Positions 17,103-28,898 are shown, numbered from the stretch's first letter. The stretch is 64,000 nucleotides of DNA from Escherichia coli (GCF_013315695.1 NZ_CP054353.1); one strand, 5' to 3'. Program-made: numbers and translations. Notes: generated from the letters alone by a model not told the origin.

Positions 17103-17579
17103 TCAAGCAGGATGTTTGACGCGGGCGGCGTCAAGCACCAGCAGAATCAGCTTATCTTCCAGCACAAAGCGCGCTTCCAGCGCCTCGCCGATGTCAGATA
17201 AAACCTGTTGAAACTCAAGGTAATTATCATGATCGATGGCGGTTTCCAGGCTGGAATCGTAGTAATCCATGATCTGTTGGGTATTGGCTTCGAGTTGCGG
17301 CCAAATCTTCGCGGCGCGCGCGAGTTGCCCGTTGCCTTCCAGCTTATGAAGAATGCGCTCATAAATACTGAAATGTCCGGCAGACAAGTAATCGACCAGG
17401 CTCTGACAAAAATCATCAAGGGCTTTTTCGTTTAGCCTCATGTACGATTCTTTGCCAGGCTTAATGCCAACCAGATTGTAGTAAGCCACGAGCAGATGCT
17501 TACGTACATGTAGCCAGCGATCAACCAGTTTGTTACTTCCTCTGACGCGCTCCGTCAGGTTATCGAGCTGGTTAAGCAT
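17103..17579 (-). CDS. rsd: Regulator of sigma D (anti-sigma70)
   Basis: 158 aa MLNQLDNLTERVRGSNKLVDRWLHVRKHLLVAYYNLVGIKPGKE. Confidence 0.93.
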   Translation of the reverse strand: MLNQLDNLTERVRGSNKLVDRWLHVRKHLLVAYYNLVGIKPGKESYMRLNEKALDDFCQSLVDYLSAGHFSIYERILHKLEGNGQLARAAKIWPQLEANTQQIMDYYDSSLETAIDHDNYLEFQQVLSDIGEALEARFVLEDKLILLVLDAARVKHPA

Positions 17580-17673
17580 GATTGACTCCGCAAGTTTGTA
17601 TTCAAAAACTGCTCAGTGAGAAATGTAAAAACCATGTTAAACATGCCAGTGATGCAAAGGTAGTGCAAGAGCT

Positions 17674-18447
17674 ATGGATCGTATAATTGAAAAATTAGAT
17701 CACGGCTGGTGGGTCGTCAGCCATGAACAAAAATTATGGTTGCCGAAGGGAGAATTGCCATATGGCGAAGCGGCAAATTTCGATCTTGTGGGTCAGCGCG
17801 CACTACAAATCGGCGAATGGCAGGGGGAACCTGTTTGGTTAGTACAACAGCAGCGGCGTCACGATATGGGGTCGGTACGTCAGGTCATTGATCTCGATGT
17901 TGGGCTGTTTCAACTGGCCGGACGTGGCGTGCAACTGGCGGAGTTTTACCGATCGCATAAATACTGTGGTTACTGCGGGCATGAAATGTATCCAAGCAAA
18001 ACCGAATGGGCGATGCTGTGCAGCCATTGCCGTGAGCGTTACTACCCGCAAATCGCCCCCTGCATTATTGTTGCCATCCGTCGCGATGATTCGATCCTCC
18101 TCGCCCAGCATACCCGCCATCGTAACGGTGTCCATACGGTACTTGCCGGATTCGTCGAAGTGGGCGAAACCCTCGAGCAGGCTGTCGCGCGGGAAGTGAT
18201 GGAAGAGAGCGGAATTAAAGTTAAAAACTTGCGTTACGTGACTTCCCAGCCGTGGCCGTTTCCTCAGTCTTTAATGACCGCGTTTATGGCGGAATATGAC
18301 AGCGGCGAGATCGTGATCGACCCGAAAGAATTGCTTGAGGCGAACTGGTATCGCTATGACGATTTGCCGTTACTCCCGCCGCCCGGCACCGTAGCGCGCC
18401 GTCTGATAGAAGATACAGTGGCGATGTGTCGGGCAGAGTATGAGTGA
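17674..18447 (+). CDS. nudC: NADH pyrophosphatase / RNA NAD-decapping Nudix hydrolase
   Basis: 257 aa; Cys cluster CGYCGHEM...CSHC and Nudix box [23 protein letters not shown]. Confidence 0.93.
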   Translation: MDRIIEKLDHGWWVVSHEQKLWLPKGELPYGEAANFDLVGQRALQIGEWQGEPVWLVQQQRRHDMGSVRQVIDLDVGLFQLAGRGVQLAEFYRSHKYCGYCGHEMYPSKTEWAMLCSHCRERYYPQIAPCIIVAIRRDDSILLAQHTRHRNGVHTVLAGFVEVGETLEQAVAREVMEESGIKVKNLRYVTSQPWPFPQSLMTAFMAEYDSGEIVIDPKELLEANWYRYDDLPLLPPPGTVARRLIEDTVAMCRAEYE

Positions 18448-18486
18448 TGATACACTGACCGCCTGACGCACTAAGGAACAGCCAAA

Positions 18487-19551
18487 ATGACCGAACTTAA
18501 AAACGATCGTTATCTGCGGGCGCTGCTGCGCCAGCCCGTTGATGTCACTCCAGTATGGATGATGCGCCAGGCGGGTCGCTATCTACCGGAATATAAAGCC
18601 ACGCGCGCCCAGGCGGGCGATTTTATGTCGCTGTGCAAAAACGCCGAGCTGGCGTGCGAAGTGACTTTGCAACCGCTGCGTCGCTACCCGCTGGATGCGG
18701 CGATCCTCTTTTCCGATATCCTCACCGTGCCGGACGCGATGGGGTTAGGGCTCTATTTTGAAGCCGGAGAAGGTCCGCGTTTTACCTCGCCAGTCACCTG
18801 CAAAGCCGACGTCGATAAACTGCCAATTCCGGACCCGGAAGATGAGCTGGGTTACGTGATGAACGCGGTGCGTACCATTCGTCGCGAACTGAAAGGCGAA
18901 GTGCCGCTGATTGGTTTTTCTGGCAGCCCGTGGACGCTGGCGACCTACATGGTGGAAGGCGGCAGCAGCAAAGCCTTCACCGTGATCAAAAAAATGATGT
19001 ATGCCGATCCGCAGGCGCTGCACGCGCTACTCGATAAACTGGCGAAAAGCGTCACTTTGTATCTGAATGCGCAGATTAAAGCCGGTGCTCAGGCAGTGAT
19101 GATTTTCGACACCTGGGGCGGCGTGCTTACCGGGCGCGATTATCAACAGTTCTCGCTCTATTACATGCATAAAATTGTTGATGGTTTACTGCGTGAAAAC
19201 GACGGTCGCCGCGTGCCAGTCACGCTGTTTACCAAAGGTGGCGGACAGTGGCTGGAAGCGATGGCAGAAACCGGTTGCGATGCGCTGGGCCTCGACTGGA
19301 CAACGGACATCGCCGATGCGCGCCGCCGCGTCGGCAATAAAGTCGCGTTGCAGGGCAATATGGATCCGTCGATGCTGTATGCGCCGCCTGCCCGCATTGA
19401 AGAAGAAGTGGCGTCTATACTTGCAGGTTTCGGTCACGGCGAAGGTCATGTCTTTAACCTTGGTCACGGCATTCATCAGGATGTGCCGCCAGAACATGCT
19501 GGCGTGTTTGTGGAGGCAGTGCATCGCCTGTCTGCGCCTTATCATCTGTAA
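18487..19551 (+). CDS. hemE: Uroporphyrinogen decarboxylase
   Basis: 354 aa [36 protein letters not shown]. Confidence 0.96.
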   Translation: MTELKNDRYLRALLRQPVDVTPVWMMRQAGRYLPEYKATRAQAGDFMSLCKNAELACEVTLQPLRRYPLDAAILFSDILTVPDAMGLGLYFEAGEGPRFTSPVTCKADVDKLPIPDPEDELGYVMNAVRTIRRELKGEVPLIGFSGSPWTLATYMVEGGSSKAFTVIKKMMYADPQALHALLDKLAKSVTLYLNAQIKAGAQAVMIFDTWGGVLTGRDYQQFSLYYMHKIVDGLLRENDGRRVPVTLFTKGGGQWLEAMAETGCDALGLDWTTDIADARRRVGNKVALQGNMDPSMLYAPPARIEEEVASILAGFGHGEGHVFNLGHGIHQDVPPEHAGVFVEAVHRLSAPYHL

Positions 19552-19560
19552 GGAGTGGTT

Positions 19561-20232
19561 ATGGATCTCGCGTCATTACGCGCTCAACAAATCGAACTGG
19601 CTTCTTCTGTGATCCGCGAGGATCGACTCGATAAAGATCCACCGGATCTGATCGCCGGAGCCGATGTCGGATTTAAGCAGGGCGGAGAAGTGACGCGAGC
19701 GGCGATGGTGCTGCTGAAATACCCCTCGCTTGAGCTGGTGGAGTATAAAGTGGCCCGCATCGCCACCACCATGCCTTACATTCCAGGTTTTCTCTCCTTC
19801 CGCGAATATCCTGCGCTGCTGGCAGCGTGGGAGATGCTGTCACAAAAGCCGGATTTAGTGTTTGTCGATGGTCACGGGATCTCGCATCCTCGCCGTCTTG
19901 GTGTCGCCAGCCATTTTGGCTTATTGGTGGATGTGCCAACGATAGGCGTGGCGAAAAAACGGCTCTGCGGTAAATTCGAACCGCTCTCCAGCGAACCGGG
20001 CGCGCTGGCCCCACTGATGGATAAAGGCGAGCAGCTGGCCTGGGTCTGGCGCAGCAAAGCGCGCTGTAACCCATTGTTTATCGCTACCGGCCATCGGGTT
20101 AGCGTGGACAGCGCGCTGGCGTGGGTACAACGCTGCATGAAAGGCTATCGTCTGCCGGAGCCAACGCGCTGGGCGGACGCGGTGGCCTCGGAACGTCCGG
20201 CGTTCGTGCGCTATACAGCAAATCAGCCCTAA
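19561..20232 (+). CDS. nfi: Endonuclease V
   Basis: 223 aa from ATG at 19561 preceded by [44 protein letters not shown]; track ORF starts at upstream GTG 19555. Confidence 0.93.
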   Translation: MDLASLRAQQIELASSVIREDRLDKDPPDLIAGADVGFKQGGEVTRAAMVLLKYPSLELVEYKVARIATTMPYIPGFLSFREYPALLAAWEMLSQKPDLVFVDGHGISHPRRLGVASHFGLLVDVPTIGVAKKRLCGKFEPLSSEPGALAPLMDKGEQLAWVWRSKARCNPLFIATGHRVSVDSALAWVQRCMKGYRLPEPTRWADAVASERPAFVRYTANQP

Positions 20233-20274
20233 TTCAGGTAAACTGCGGATAATTTCCGTATTTGAGAACTCAAC

Positions 20275-20865
20275 ATGTTACAAAACCCAATTCATCTGCG
20301 TCTGGAGCGCCTGGAAAGCTGGCAGCACGTCACTTTTATGGCCTGCTTATGCGAACGCATGTACCCTAATTACGCCGTATTCTGTCAGCAAACTGGTTTT
20401 GGTGATGGGCAGATTTACCGCCGCATTCTCGATCTCATCTGGGAAACGCTGACCGTCAAAGACGCAAAAGTAAATTTCGACAGCCAACTGGAGAAATTTG
20501 AAGAAGCGATTCCTTCAGCCGACGATTTCGATCTGTACGGCGTTTATCCGGCAATCGATGCATGCGTGGCGTTAAGTGAACTGGTCCATTCGCGTTTGAG
20601 TGGTGAAACGCTCGAACACGCGGTGGAAGTGAGTAAGACCTCCATCACGACCGTTGCGATGCTGGAAATGACTCAGGCTGGTCGCGAAATGAGCGATGAA
20701 GAGCTCAAAGAAAACCCAGCTGTAGAGCAAGAATGGGACATTCAGTGGGAAATATTCCGACTTTTAGCTGAGTGCGAAGAACGCGATATCGAGCTGATAA
20801 AAGGCCTTAGGGCAGACCTGCGTGAGGCGGGCGAGAGCAATATTGGTATAATTTTTCAGCAATAA
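20275..20865 (+). CDS. yjaG: DUF416 family protein YjaG
   Basis: 196 aa ORF MLQNPIHLRLERLESWQHVTFMACLCERMYPNYAVF in conserved position before hupA. Confidence 0.88.
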   Translation: MLQNPIHLRLERLESWQHVTFMACLCERMYPNYAVFCQQTGFGDGQIYRRILDLIWETLTVKDAKVNFDSQLEKFEEAIPSADDFDLYGVYPAIDACVALSELVHSRLSGETLEHAVEVSKTSITTVAMLEMTQAGREMSDEELKENPAVEQEWDIQWEIFRLLAECEERDIELIKGLRADLREAGESNIGIIFQQ

Positions 20866-21051
20866 GACCAGAAAACGTGATTTAACGCCTGATTTGTCGT
20901 ACCTGGAGTCTTCCCTTTCGCCCCCCGTCTGGTCTACATTTGGGGGGCGAAAAAAAGTGGCTATCGGTGCGTGTATGCAGGAGAGTGCTATTCTGGCATT
21001 TCCGTCGCACTCGATGCTTAGCAAGCGATAAACACATTGTAAGGATAACTT

Positions 21052-21324
21052 ATGAACAAGACTCAACTGATTGATGTAATTGCAGAGAAAGCAGAACTGT
21101 CCAAAACCCAGGCTAAAGCTGCTCTGGAGTCCACTCTGGCTGCAATTACTGAGTCTCTGAAAGAAGGCGATGCTGTACAACTGGTTGGTTTCGGTACCTT
21201 CAAAGTGAACCACCGCGCTGAGCGTACTGGCCGCAACCCGCAGACCGGTAAAGAAATCAAAATTGCCGCAGCTAACGTACCGGCATTTGTTTCTGGCAAG
21301 GCACTGAAAGACGCAGTTAAGTAA
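21052..21324 (+). CDS. hupA: DNA-binding protein HU-alpha
   Basis: 90 aa [69 protein letters not shown]. Confidence 0.97.
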
Positions 21325-21352
21325 GATTGCGTGGCAGTGAACAGTTTTAACG

Positions 21353-21374
21353 AAGGGGTGGTTTCACCCCTTTT
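21353..21374 (+). terminator. hupA terminator hairpin
   Basis: GGGGTG-gttt-CACCCC followed by TTTT, 30 nt after hupA stop. Confidence 0.7.
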
Positions 21375-21396
21375 GTCTTTCTGGCGTCGATCATTG

Positions 21397-22032
21397 ATGC
21401 TGGCTGGCGCTCTGTTTCTCACTGCCTGTAGTCACAACTCTTCACTTCCTCCCTTTACCGCCAGTGGATTTGCTGAAGACCAGGGCGCGGTACGCATCTG
21501 GCGAAAAGACAGCGGCGATAATGTGCATCTGCTTGCCGTGTTTAGCCCGTGGCGCAGTGGCGATACCACCACGCGAGAGTATCGCTGGCAGGGCGATAAC
21601 CTCACGCTCATCAATATCAATGTTTACAGCAAACCCCCGGTGAATATTCGCGCGCGTTTTGACGATCGCGGCGATCTGAGCTTTATGCAACGTGAATCCG
21701 ATGGGGAAAAGCAGCAGCTTTCTAACGACCAAATCGATTTATACCGTTATCGTGCTGATCAGATCCGCCAGATTAGCGATGCCTTACGTCAGGGGAGAGT
21801 CGTGCTGCGCCAGGGGCGCTGGCATGCGATGGAACAGACCGTGACCACCTGCGAAGGGCAAACCATTAAACCTGATTTAGATTCGCAGGCGATAGCGCAT
21901 ATCGAGCGCCGCCAGAGCCGCTCTTCTGTTGATGTCAGCGTGGCATGGCTGGAAGCGCCCGAAGGTTCGCAATTACTGTTGGTGGCAAACTCTGATTTCT
22001 GTCGCTGGCAACCCAACGAGAAAACGTTCTGA
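21397..22032 (+). CDS. yjaH: Putative lipoprotein YjaH (DUF1481)
   Basis: Start chosen at ATG 21397 giving MLAGALFLTACSHNSS (lipobox LTAC); the track ORF start at 21331 would place the hupA terminator hairpin inside the coding region. Confidence 0.8.
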   Translation: MLAGALFLTACSHNSSLPPFTASGFAEDQGAVRIWRKDSGDNVHLLAVFSPWRSGDTTTREYRWQGDNLTLININVYSKPPVNIRARFDDRGDLSFMQRESDGEKQQLSNDQIDLYRYRADQIRQISDALRQGRVVLRQGRWHAMEQTVTTCEGQTIKPDLDSQAIAHIERRQSRSSVDVSVAWLEAPEGSQLLLVANSDFCRWQPNEKTF

Positions 22033-22033
22033 T

Positions 22034-22459
22034 TTACCAGTGGCCCATACCCATATGACCGCCACCACCGCAGCCGCCGTAGCCCATGCCCATTCCGGCT
22101 CCGCGCGGAATACCCGCTTCAGCCATCGCAATATCCCGTTTCACCCGTAACTCATCTAACGACTGACGCAAATTCTCCATCTCTTTGGCGACCGCGTTAA
22201 TTTTGCTGCTATCCGGTGGGTTCGCGGCTAACAGGGCATTGTATTCATAACGCTTCGTCACCAGTTGCTGTTGCAGTGCGCTGCTTTGAGCGTAAAAGTC
22301 ATTATGGATTTTCTGCCACGCTGTCTGTTGTTCGCTGGTCAAAGGCGCGGCATTTTGCTGCCACATACCGTGTCCGCCGTGAGCAAATGCAGATGTCGAT
22401 CCCATCGCCATTGCTGAAAGCGCCATCATTACCAGGGCAATTTTCGTGTTCCGTTTCAT
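22034..22459 (-). CDS. zraP: Zinc-resistance associated periplasmic protein ZraP
   Basis: 141 aa MKRNTKIALVMMALSAMAMGSTSAFA signal peptide, Gly/His/Met-rich C-terminus GYGGCGGGGHMGMGHW; start at ATG(rc) 22457-22459. Confidence 0.9.
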   Translation of the reverse strand: MKRNTKIALVMMALSAMAMGSTSAFAHGGHGMWQQNAAPLTSEQQTAWQKIHNDFYAQSSALQQQLVTKRYEYNALLAANPPDSSKINAVAKEMENLRQSLDELRVKRDIAMAEAGIPRGAGMGMGYGGCGGGGHMGMGHW

Positions 22460-22493
22460 GGTTAATCCTCCAGTGGTTGTCTTACTTCGGGTA

Positions 22494-22510
22494 TTGCATC
22501 TTCCGTGCCA
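22494..22510 (-). promoter_or_regulatory. sigma54 promoter of zraP
   Basis: Reverse strand TGGCACGGAAGATGCAA: GG and GC separated by 10 nt, the -24/-12 pattern. Confidence 0.75.
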
Positions 22511-22553
22511 ACGATGAAACGCTGATATGACGGGTAATCTGGCATGATAAACG

Positions 22554-22598
22554 AGTAAAAATGACTCGCCTGCTGCGGGTGGCGAGTCATTTTTACTC
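22554..22598. promoter_or_regulatory. ZraR enhancer: paired 18 bp inverted repeat
   Basis: GAGTAAAAATGACTCGCC - 10 bp - GGCGAGTCATTTTTACTC, perfect inverted repeat centred between the divergent zraP and zraSR sigma54 promoters. Confidence 0.8.
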
Positions 22599-22649
22599 AT
22601 TGAAACTTAAGCCTTTGTGTTACAGCGCAGGGTAAGCGCTGATAAAAGA

Positions 22650-22665
22650 TGGCATGATTTCTGCT
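22650..22665 (+). promoter_or_regulatory. sigma54 promoter of zraSR
   Basis: TGGCATGATTTCTGCT, GG-N10-GC spacing, about 30 nt upstream of zraS ATG. Confidence 0.75.
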
Positions 22666-22696
22666 GTCAGAAAGGGATGAGCAGGCAAAGAAGAAG

Positions 22697-24073
22697 ATGC
22701 GTTTTATGCAACGTTCTAAAGACTCCTTAGCTAAATGGTTAAGCGCGATCCTCCCCGTGGTCATTGTTGGGCTGGTGGGGCTGTTTGCGGTGACAGTGAT
22801 TCGCGATTATGGACGCGAGACTGCCGCCGCCAGACAAACGCTGCTGGAAAAAGGCAGTGTACTTATCCGTGCTCTCGAATCCGGCTCGCGCGTCGGCATG
22901 GGGATGCGCATGCATCATGCGCAGCAGCAGGCATTACTGGAAGAAATGGCCGGGCAGCCTGGTGTACGTTGGTTTGCGGTCACGGATGAACAAGGAACAA
23001 TCGTGATGCATAGCAACTCCGGCATGGTGGGAAAACAGCTTTATTCCCCGCAGGAAATGCAGCAGTTACATCCGGGAGATGAAGAAGCGTGGCGGCGGAT
23101 CGATAGCGCAGACGGCGAGCCTGTTCTGGAAATTTATCGCCAGTTTCAACCGATGTTTGCTGCTGGAATGCACCGGATGCGCCATATGCAGCAGTATGCC
23201 GCGACACCACAAGCAATTTTTATCGCTTTCGACGCCAGTAACATTGTGAGTGCTGAAGATCGTGAGCAGAGAAACACCTTGATTATCCTCTTCGCCCTGG
23301 CGACGGTCTTGCTGGCAAGCGTGTTGTCATTCTTCTGGTATCGCCGATATCTGCGCTCGCGGCAGCTATTGCAGGATGAAATGAAGCGCAAAGAGAAGCT
23401 GGTGGCACTGGGGCATCTTGCGGCAGGCGTTGCCCACGAAATCCGTAACCCACTTTCCTCGATTAAAGGGCTGGCGAAATACTTTGCCGAACGCGCGCCA
23501 GCAGGGGGAGAAGCGCATCAACTGGCGCAGGTGATGGCGAAAGAAGCTGACCGTTTAAACCGCGTGGTAAGCGAGTTGCTGGAACTGGTTAAGCCAACGC
23601 ATCTGGCTTTGCAGGCGGTGGAGCTCAACACGCTGATTAGCCACTCATTACAGCTGGTAAGCCAGGATGCAAACAGCCGGGAGATCCAGTTACGCTTTAC
23701 CGCCAACGACACATTACCGGAAATTCAGGCCGATCCGGACAGGCTGACTCAGGTCCTGTTGAATCTCTATCTCAACGCTATTCAGGCGATTGGTCAGCAT
23801 GGCGTGATTAGCGTGACGGCCAGCGAAAGCGGCGCGGGCGTGAAAATCAGCGTTACCGACAGCGGTAAGGGAATTGCGGCGGATCAGCTTGAAGCCATCT
23901 TCACTCCGTACTTCACCACCAAAGCCGAAGGCACCGGACTGGGGCTGGCGGTTGTGCATAATATTGTTGAACAACACGGTGGTACAATTCAGGTCGCAAG
24001 CCAGGAGGGAAAAGGCGCAACGTTCACCCTTTGGCTTCCGGTCAATATTACGCGTAAGGACCCACAAGGATGA
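22697..24073 (+). CDS. zraS: Sensor histidine kinase ZraS
   Basis: 458 aa; N-terminal TM segment, H-box LAAGVAHEIRNPLSSIKG, ATPase G-boxes DSGKGI / GTGLGLAVV. Confidence 0.93.
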   Translation: MRFMQRSKDSLAKWLSAILPVVIVGLVGLFAVTVIRDYGRETAAARQTLLEKGSVLIRALESGSRVGMGMRMHHAQQQALLEEMAGQPGVRWFAVTDEQGTIVMHSNSGMVGKQLYSPQEMQQLHPGDEEAWRRIDSADGEPVLEIYRQFQPMFAAGMHRMRHMQQYAATPQAIFIAFDASNIVSAEDREQRNTLIILFALATVLLASVLSFFWYRRYLRSRQLLQDEMKRKEKLVALGHLAAGVAHEIRNPLSSIKGLAKYFAERAPAGGEAHQLAQVMAKEADRLNRVVSELLELVKPTHLALQAVELNTLISHSLQLVSQDANSREIQLRFTANDTLPEIQADPDRLTQVLLNLYLNAIQAIGQHGVISVTASESGAGVKISVTDSGKGIAADQLEAIFTPYFTTKAEGTGLGLAVVHNIVEQHGGTIQVASQEGKGATFTLWLPVNITRKDPQG

Positions 24074-25395
24074 CGCACGATAATATCGATATTCTGGTGG
24101 TGGATGATGACATTAGCCACTGCACTATTTTGCAGGCTTTGCTGCGCGGCTGGGGCTATAACGTCGCGCTGGCGAACAGCGGGCGACAGGCGCTGGAGCA
24201 GGTGCGGGAACAGGTTTTTGATCTTGTGCTTTGCGATGTGCGAATGGCAGAGATGGATGGTATCGCCACGCTAAAAGAGATCAAAGCGTTAAATCCGGCG
24301 ATTCCGGTACTGATTATGACCGCATACTCCAGCGTCGAGACGGCGGTAGAGGCGTTGAAAACCGGGGCGCTGGATTATCTCATCAAGCCGCTGGATTTCG
24401 ATAACCTGCAGGCGACGCTGGAAAAGGCGCTCGCACATACGCACAGTGTTGACGCTGAAACGCCTGCGGTGTCTGCCAGCCAGTTCAGTATGGTCGGTAA
24501 AAGCCCGGCGATGCAACACCTGCTCAGTGAAATCGCCCTCGTCGCGCCATCGGAAGCCACGGTGCTGATCCACGGCGATTCCGGCACCGGTAAAGAGCTG
24601 GTCGCCAGGGCGATTCACGCCAGTAGCGCACGGAGTGAAAAACCACTGGTAACGCTCAACTGTGCGGCACTCAACGAATCCTTGCTGGAATCTGAATTGT
24701 TCGGTCACGAAAAAGGGGCGTTTACCGGAGCCGACAAACGGCGGGAAGGGCGCTTTGTTGAGGCGGACGGCGGCACGCTGTTTCTCGATGAAATTGGCGA
24801 TATCTCACCGATGATGCAGGTTCGTCTGCTGCGTGCGATTCAGGAGCGCGAAGTTCAGCGTGTCGGCAGCAACCAGACCATCTCGGTTGATGTCCGGCTG
24901 ATTGCGGCGACTCATCGCGATCTTGCCGCAGAGGTGAATGCCGGGCGTTTTCGCCAGGATCTCTACTATCGCCTGAACGTGGTGGCGATTGAAGTACCGC
25001 CGCTGCGTCAGCGGCGGGAAGATATTCCTCTGCTGGCTGACCATTTTCTTCAGCGCTTTGCCGAGCGTAATCGCAAGGCGGTAAAAGGTTTTACGCCCCA
25101 GGCGATGGATCTGCTGATTCACTACGACTGGCCGGGAAATATTCGTGAACTGGAAAACGCGGTGGAACGGGCGGTGGTGCTGCTGACCGGGGAATATATT
25201 TCCGAACGCGAGCTGCCGCTGGCGATTGCGAGTACGCCGATCCCGCTGGTACAAAGTCAGGATATTCAGCCGCTGGTGGAAGTCGAAAAAGAGGTGATTC
25301 TTGCGGCACTGGAGAAAACGGGCGGCAACAAAACCGAAGCCGCCCGTCAGTTAGGGATCACGCGCAAAACGCTCTTGGCAAAACTGTCGCGTTAG
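24070..25395 (+). CDS. zraR: sigma54-dependent response regulator ZraR
   Basis: 441 aa; receiver domain, AAA+ sigma54-activator motifs GDSGTGKE and GAFTGA, C-terminal HTH; 4 nt overlap with zraS. Confidence 0.95.
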   Translation: MTHDNIDILVVDDDISHCTILQALLRGWGYNVALANSGRQALEQVREQVFDLVLCDVRMAEMDGIATLKEIKALNPAIPVLIMTAYSSVETAVEALKTGALDYLIKPLDFDNLQATLEKALAHTHSVDAETPAVSASQFSMVGKSPAMQHLLSEIALVAPSEATVLIHGDSGTGKELVARAIHASSARSEKPLVTLNCAALNESLLESELFGHEKGAFTGADKRREGRFVEADGGTLFLDEIGDISPMMQVRLLRAIQEREVQRVGSNQTISVDVRLIAATHRDLAAEVNAGRFRQDLYYRLNVVAIEVPPLRQRREDIPLLADHFLQRFAERNRKAVKGFTPQAMDLLIHYDWPGNIRELENAVERAVVLLTGEYISERELPLAIASTPIPLVQSQDIQPLVEVEKEVILAALEKTGGNKTEAARQLGITRKTLLAKLSR

Positions 25396-26681
25396 TTCTG
25401 CTCGCGTTCGATAGCGCGCCAGCCGATATCTTTCCGGCAGAAGCAGTCGTCCCAGTGGATATCGGTCATTAAGGCGTAGGCGCGTTTCTGCGCTTCTGCT
25501 ACGGTATGACCCAGCGCGGTGACGCACAGTACGCGCCCGCCGCTGGTCACTACCTGCTCGTTACCCGCCAGTTTCGTGCCCGCGTGGAACACTTTGCCGT
25601 CAGACACTTCTTCCAGCGGCAGGCCGTGGATCACATCGCCGGTGCGGTAATCGCCCGGATATCCACCCGCAGCCATCACCACGCCGAGAGAAGCGCGTTC
25701 ATCCCACTCGGACGTTTTCTCGTCCAGCTTGCCTTCACAGGCCGCCAGGCAAAGCTCAACCAGATCGGACTTCATGCGCAGCATAATCGGCTGGGTTTCT
25801 GGATCGCCAAAGCGGCAGTTAAATTCAATAACCTTCGGATTGCCCTGTTTGTCGATCATCAGGCCCGCGTAGAGAAAACCAGTGTAGGTGTTGCCTTCTG
25901 CCGCCATGCCTTTCACGGTTGGCCAGATGATTCGTTCCATCGTGCGCTGATGAACCTCATCGGTCACTACTGGCGCAGGGGAGTAAGCGCCCATCCCGCC
26001 GGTGTTCGGCCCGGTATCTTTATCGCCTACGCGTTTGTGATCCTGGCTGGTGGCCATCGGCAGCACATGCTCACCGTCCACCATCACGATAAAGCTCGCT
26101 TCTTCGCCGTCGAGGAACTCTTCGATAACGATGCGATGCCCCGCGTCGCCAAAAGCGTTGCCCGCCAGCATATCGTGAACAGCCGCTTCCGCTTCTTCCT
26201 GCGTCATCGCCACGATAACGCCTTTCCCGGCAGCCAGACCGTCAGCTTTAATGACGATTGGCGCGCCTTTCTCACGCAGATACGCCAGCGCAGGTTCTAC
26301 CTCGGTGAAGTTCTGGTATTCCGCCGTAGGGATCTGATGGCGGGCCAGGAAATCCTTGGTAAACGCTTTCGAGCCTTCCAGCTGCGCGGCACCTGCGGTT
26401 GGGCCGAAGATTTTCATCCCGGCGGCGCGGAAGGTATCGACCACGCCTTTCACCAGCGGCGCTTCCGGGCCGACGATGGTTAGATCGATCTTTTCGTTTT
26501 GCGCGAAATCCAGCAGCGCCGGGATATCGGTTACGCCGATAGCGACGTTTTGCAGTGCAGGCTCCAGCGCAGTGCCTGCGTTACCCGGAGCAACAAAAAC
26601 AGTTTCAACCAGCGGCGACTGGGCCGCTTTCCAGGCCAGCGCGTGCTCGCGCCCGCCGTTACCAATCACTAATACTTTCAT
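25392..26681 (-). CDS. purD: Phosphoribosylamine-glycine ligase
   Basis: 429 aa MKVLVIGNGGREHALAWKAAQSPLVETVFVAPGNAGTA; stop overlaps the zraR stop convergently. Confidence 0.96.
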   Translation of the reverse strand: MKVLVIGNGGREHALAWKAAQSPLVETVFVAPGNAGTALEPALQNVAIGVTDIPALLDFAQNEKIDLTIVGPEAPLVKGVVDTFRAAGMKIFGPTAGAAQLEGSKAFTKDFLARHQIPTAEYQNFTEVEPALAYLREKGAPIVIKADGLAAGKGVIVAMTQEEAEAAVHDMLAGNAFGDAGHRIVIEEFLDGEEASFIVMVDGEHVLPMATSQDHKRVGDKDTGPNTGGMGAYSPAPVVTDEVHQRTMERIIWPTVKGMAAEGNTYTGFLYAGLMIDKQGNPKVIEFNCRFGDPETQPIMLRMKSDLVELCLAACEGKLDEKTSEWDERASLGVVMAAGGYPGDYRTGDVIHGLPLEEVSDGKVFHAGTKLAGNEQVVTSGGRVLCVTALGHTVAEAQKRAYALMTDIHWDDCFCRKDIGWRAIEREQN

Positions 26682-26692
26682 CTATTGCTCCA

Positions 26693-28282
26693 TTAATGGC
26701 GGAAGTGGCGCATGTCGGTGAAGAGCATTGCAATACCGTGCTCGTCGGCGGCGGCAATCACTTCGTCATCACGGATAGAACCGCCAGGCTGGATTACGCA
26801 GGTCACGCCCGCAGCGGCGGCGGCATCAATACCGTCGCGGAACGGGAAGAACGCGTCAGAAGCCATCGAGGAACCTTTCACTTCCAGACCTTCATCGGCA
26901 GCTTTAATACCGGCGATTTTCGCGGAGTACACGCGGCTCATCTGGCCTGCGCCAATACCGATGGTCATATTGTTTTTGGCGTAGACAATGGCGTTAGATT
27001 TCACGAACTTCGCCACCTTCCAGCAGAACAGCGCATCACGCAGCTCCTGTTCAGTCGGCTGACGTTTGGTGACGACGCGCAGTTCTTCCGCGCCGACCAT
27101 GCCCAGATCGCGATCCTGAACCAGCAGACCGCCGTTCACGCGTTTGAAATCAAGACCCGGAACACGCTCGCCCCACTGACCGCAGGTCAGAACGCGTACG
27201 TTCTGCTTGGCGGCGGTGATTTTCAGTGCTTCTTCGCTGGCGGACGGCGCAATAATCACTTCGACGAACTGACGAGAAATGATGGCCTGCGCGGTTTCCG
27301 CATCCAGCTCGCGGTTAAAGGCGATAATGCCGCCGAATGCGGAGGTCGGGTCGGTTTTGTACGCGCGATCGTAAGCATCAAGAATGGAATTGCCGATAGC
27401 CACGCCGCAAGGGTTGGCGTGCTTCACAATCACACATGCCGGCTCGGCGAACTCTTTCACGCACTCCAGCGCCGCATCGGTATCGGCGATGTTGTTATAA
27501 GAGAGGGCTTTACCCTGAACCTGGGTTGCGGTAGCAACGGAGGCTTCTTTCACATTCTCTTCTATATAGAAGGCAGCCTGCTGGTGGCTGTTCTCGCCGT
27601 AACGCATATCCTGCTTCTTAATGAAGTTCAGGTTCAGCGTGCGTGGGAAGCGACCGGCGGCTTCTTTGCTTTCACCGTGGTAAGCCGGAACCATGCTGCC
27701 GAAGTAGTTGGCAATCATGCTGTCGTAGGCGGCGGTGTGTTCGAAGGCTTTGATGGCAAGGTCAAAGCGAGTTTCCAGAGTCAGGGAGCCTTCATTGGCA
27801 TCTATCTCTTTAATAATGGCGTCGTAGTCGCTGCTCTTCACCACGATTGCGACATCTTTATGGTTCTTGGCGGCAGAGCGCACCATCGTTGGGCCGCCGA
27901 TATCGATGTTCTCAACCGCATCTTCCAGCGAGCAACCTTCACGGGCAACGGTCTGGGCGAACGGATACAGGTTAACAACCACCATATCGATAGGCTGGAT
28001 CTGATGTTCTTCCATAATGGCATCGTCCTGGCCGCGACGGCCCAGAATGCCACCATGTACTTTCGGATGCAGGGTCTTCACGCGTCCATCCATCATCTCC
28101 GGGAAACCGGTGTAATCGGAAACTTCGGTTACCGGCAGACCTTTTTCTGCTAACAGACGGGCTGTGCCCCCTGTAGACAGCAGCTCCACACCGCGTGCGG
28201 AAAGTGCCTGGGCGAATTCGACGATACCGGCTTTGTCAGAAACACTGAGCAGAGCGCGGCGGACTGGACGACGTTGTTGCAT
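26693..28282 (-). CDS. purH: Bifunctional AICAR transformylase / IMP cyclohydrolase
   Basis: 529 aa [44 protein letters not shown]. Confidence 0.96.
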   Translation of the reverse strand: MQQRRPVRRALLSVSDKAGIVEFAQALSARGVELLSTGGTARLLAEKGLPVTEVSDYTGFPEMMDGRVKTLHPKVHGGILGRRGQDDAIMEEHQIQPIDMVVVNLYPFAQTVAREGCSLEDAVENIDIGGPTMVRSAAKNHKDVAIVVKSSDYDAIIKEIDANEGSLTLETRFDLAIKAFEHTAAYDSMIANYFGSMVPAYHGESKEAAGRFPRTLNLNFIKKQDMRYGENSHQQAAFYIEENVKEASVATATQVQGKALSYNNIADTDAALECVKEFAEPACVIVKHANPCGVAIGNSILDAYDRAYKTDPTSAFGGIIAFNRELDAETAQAIISRQFVEVIIAPSASEEALKITAAKQNVRVLTCGQWGERVPGLDFKRVNGGLLVQDRDLGMVGAEELRVVTKRQPTEQELRDALFCWKVAKFVKSNAIVYAKNNMTIGIGAGQMSRVYSAKIAGIKAADEGLEVKGSSMASDAFFPFRDGIDAAAAAGVTCVIQPGGSIRDDEVIAAADEHGIAMLFTDMRHFRH

Positions 28283-28389
28283 GGTAAATCCCCTGGATTT
28301 GACTATTACAGAGAGCGTTAGCTGAATTTTTCGCGAAAAACTCAGCTAACGCCCCTAACGGGGCATCCTTATTTTTCGCCCGCATTGTA

Positions 28390-28405
28390 ACGAAAACGTT
28401 TGCGC
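28390..28405 (-). promoter_or_regulatory. PurR operator (PUR box) of purHD
   Basis: ACGAAAACGTTTGCGC; reverse complement matches the palindromic PurR consensus ACGCAAACGTTTTCGT, about 100 nt upstream of purH. Confidence 0.7.
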
Positions 28406-28576
28406 AACGCTCGCGAATTTTTCTCTTTCAATGGTGATCACAATTTTGACAGTGGTTACCGTGGGAAAAATACAGAAATTACATTGATGATTGTGGATAA
28501 CTCTGTGCGTAAAAAGGTATAAAGCGGGGTTTTGCTGGGGAATGCAGCAGTCAGTCATTTTTCTGCAATTTTTCTA

Positions 28577-28604
28577 TTGCGGCCTGCGGAGAACTCCCTA
28601 TAAT
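28577..28604 (+). promoter_or_regulatory. rRNA operon promoter P1
   Basis: TTGCGG -35, 16 bp spacer, TATAAT -10, then GC-rich discriminator GCGCC; A/T-rich UP region upstream. Confidence 0.75.
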
Positions 28605-28686
28605 GCGCCTCCATCGACACGGCGGATGTGAATCACTTCACACAAACAGCCGGTTCGGTTGAAGAGAAAAATCCTGAAATTCAGGG

Positions 28687-28714
28687 TTGACTCTGAAAGA
28701 GGAAAGCGTAATAT
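28687..28714 (+). promoter_or_regulatory. rRNA operon promoter P2
   Basis: TTGACT -35, 16 bp spacer, TAATAT -10, about 110 bp downstream of P1. Confidence 0.7.
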
Positions 28715-28898
28715 ACGCCACCTCGCGACAGTGAGCTGAAAGCCGCGTCGCAACTGCTCTTTAACAATTTATCAGACAATCTGTGTGGGCACTCGAAGAT
28801 ACGGATTCTTAACGTCGCAAGACGAAAAATGAATACCAAGTCTCAAGAGTGAACACGTAATTCATTACGAAGTTTAATTCTTTGAGCATCAAACTTTT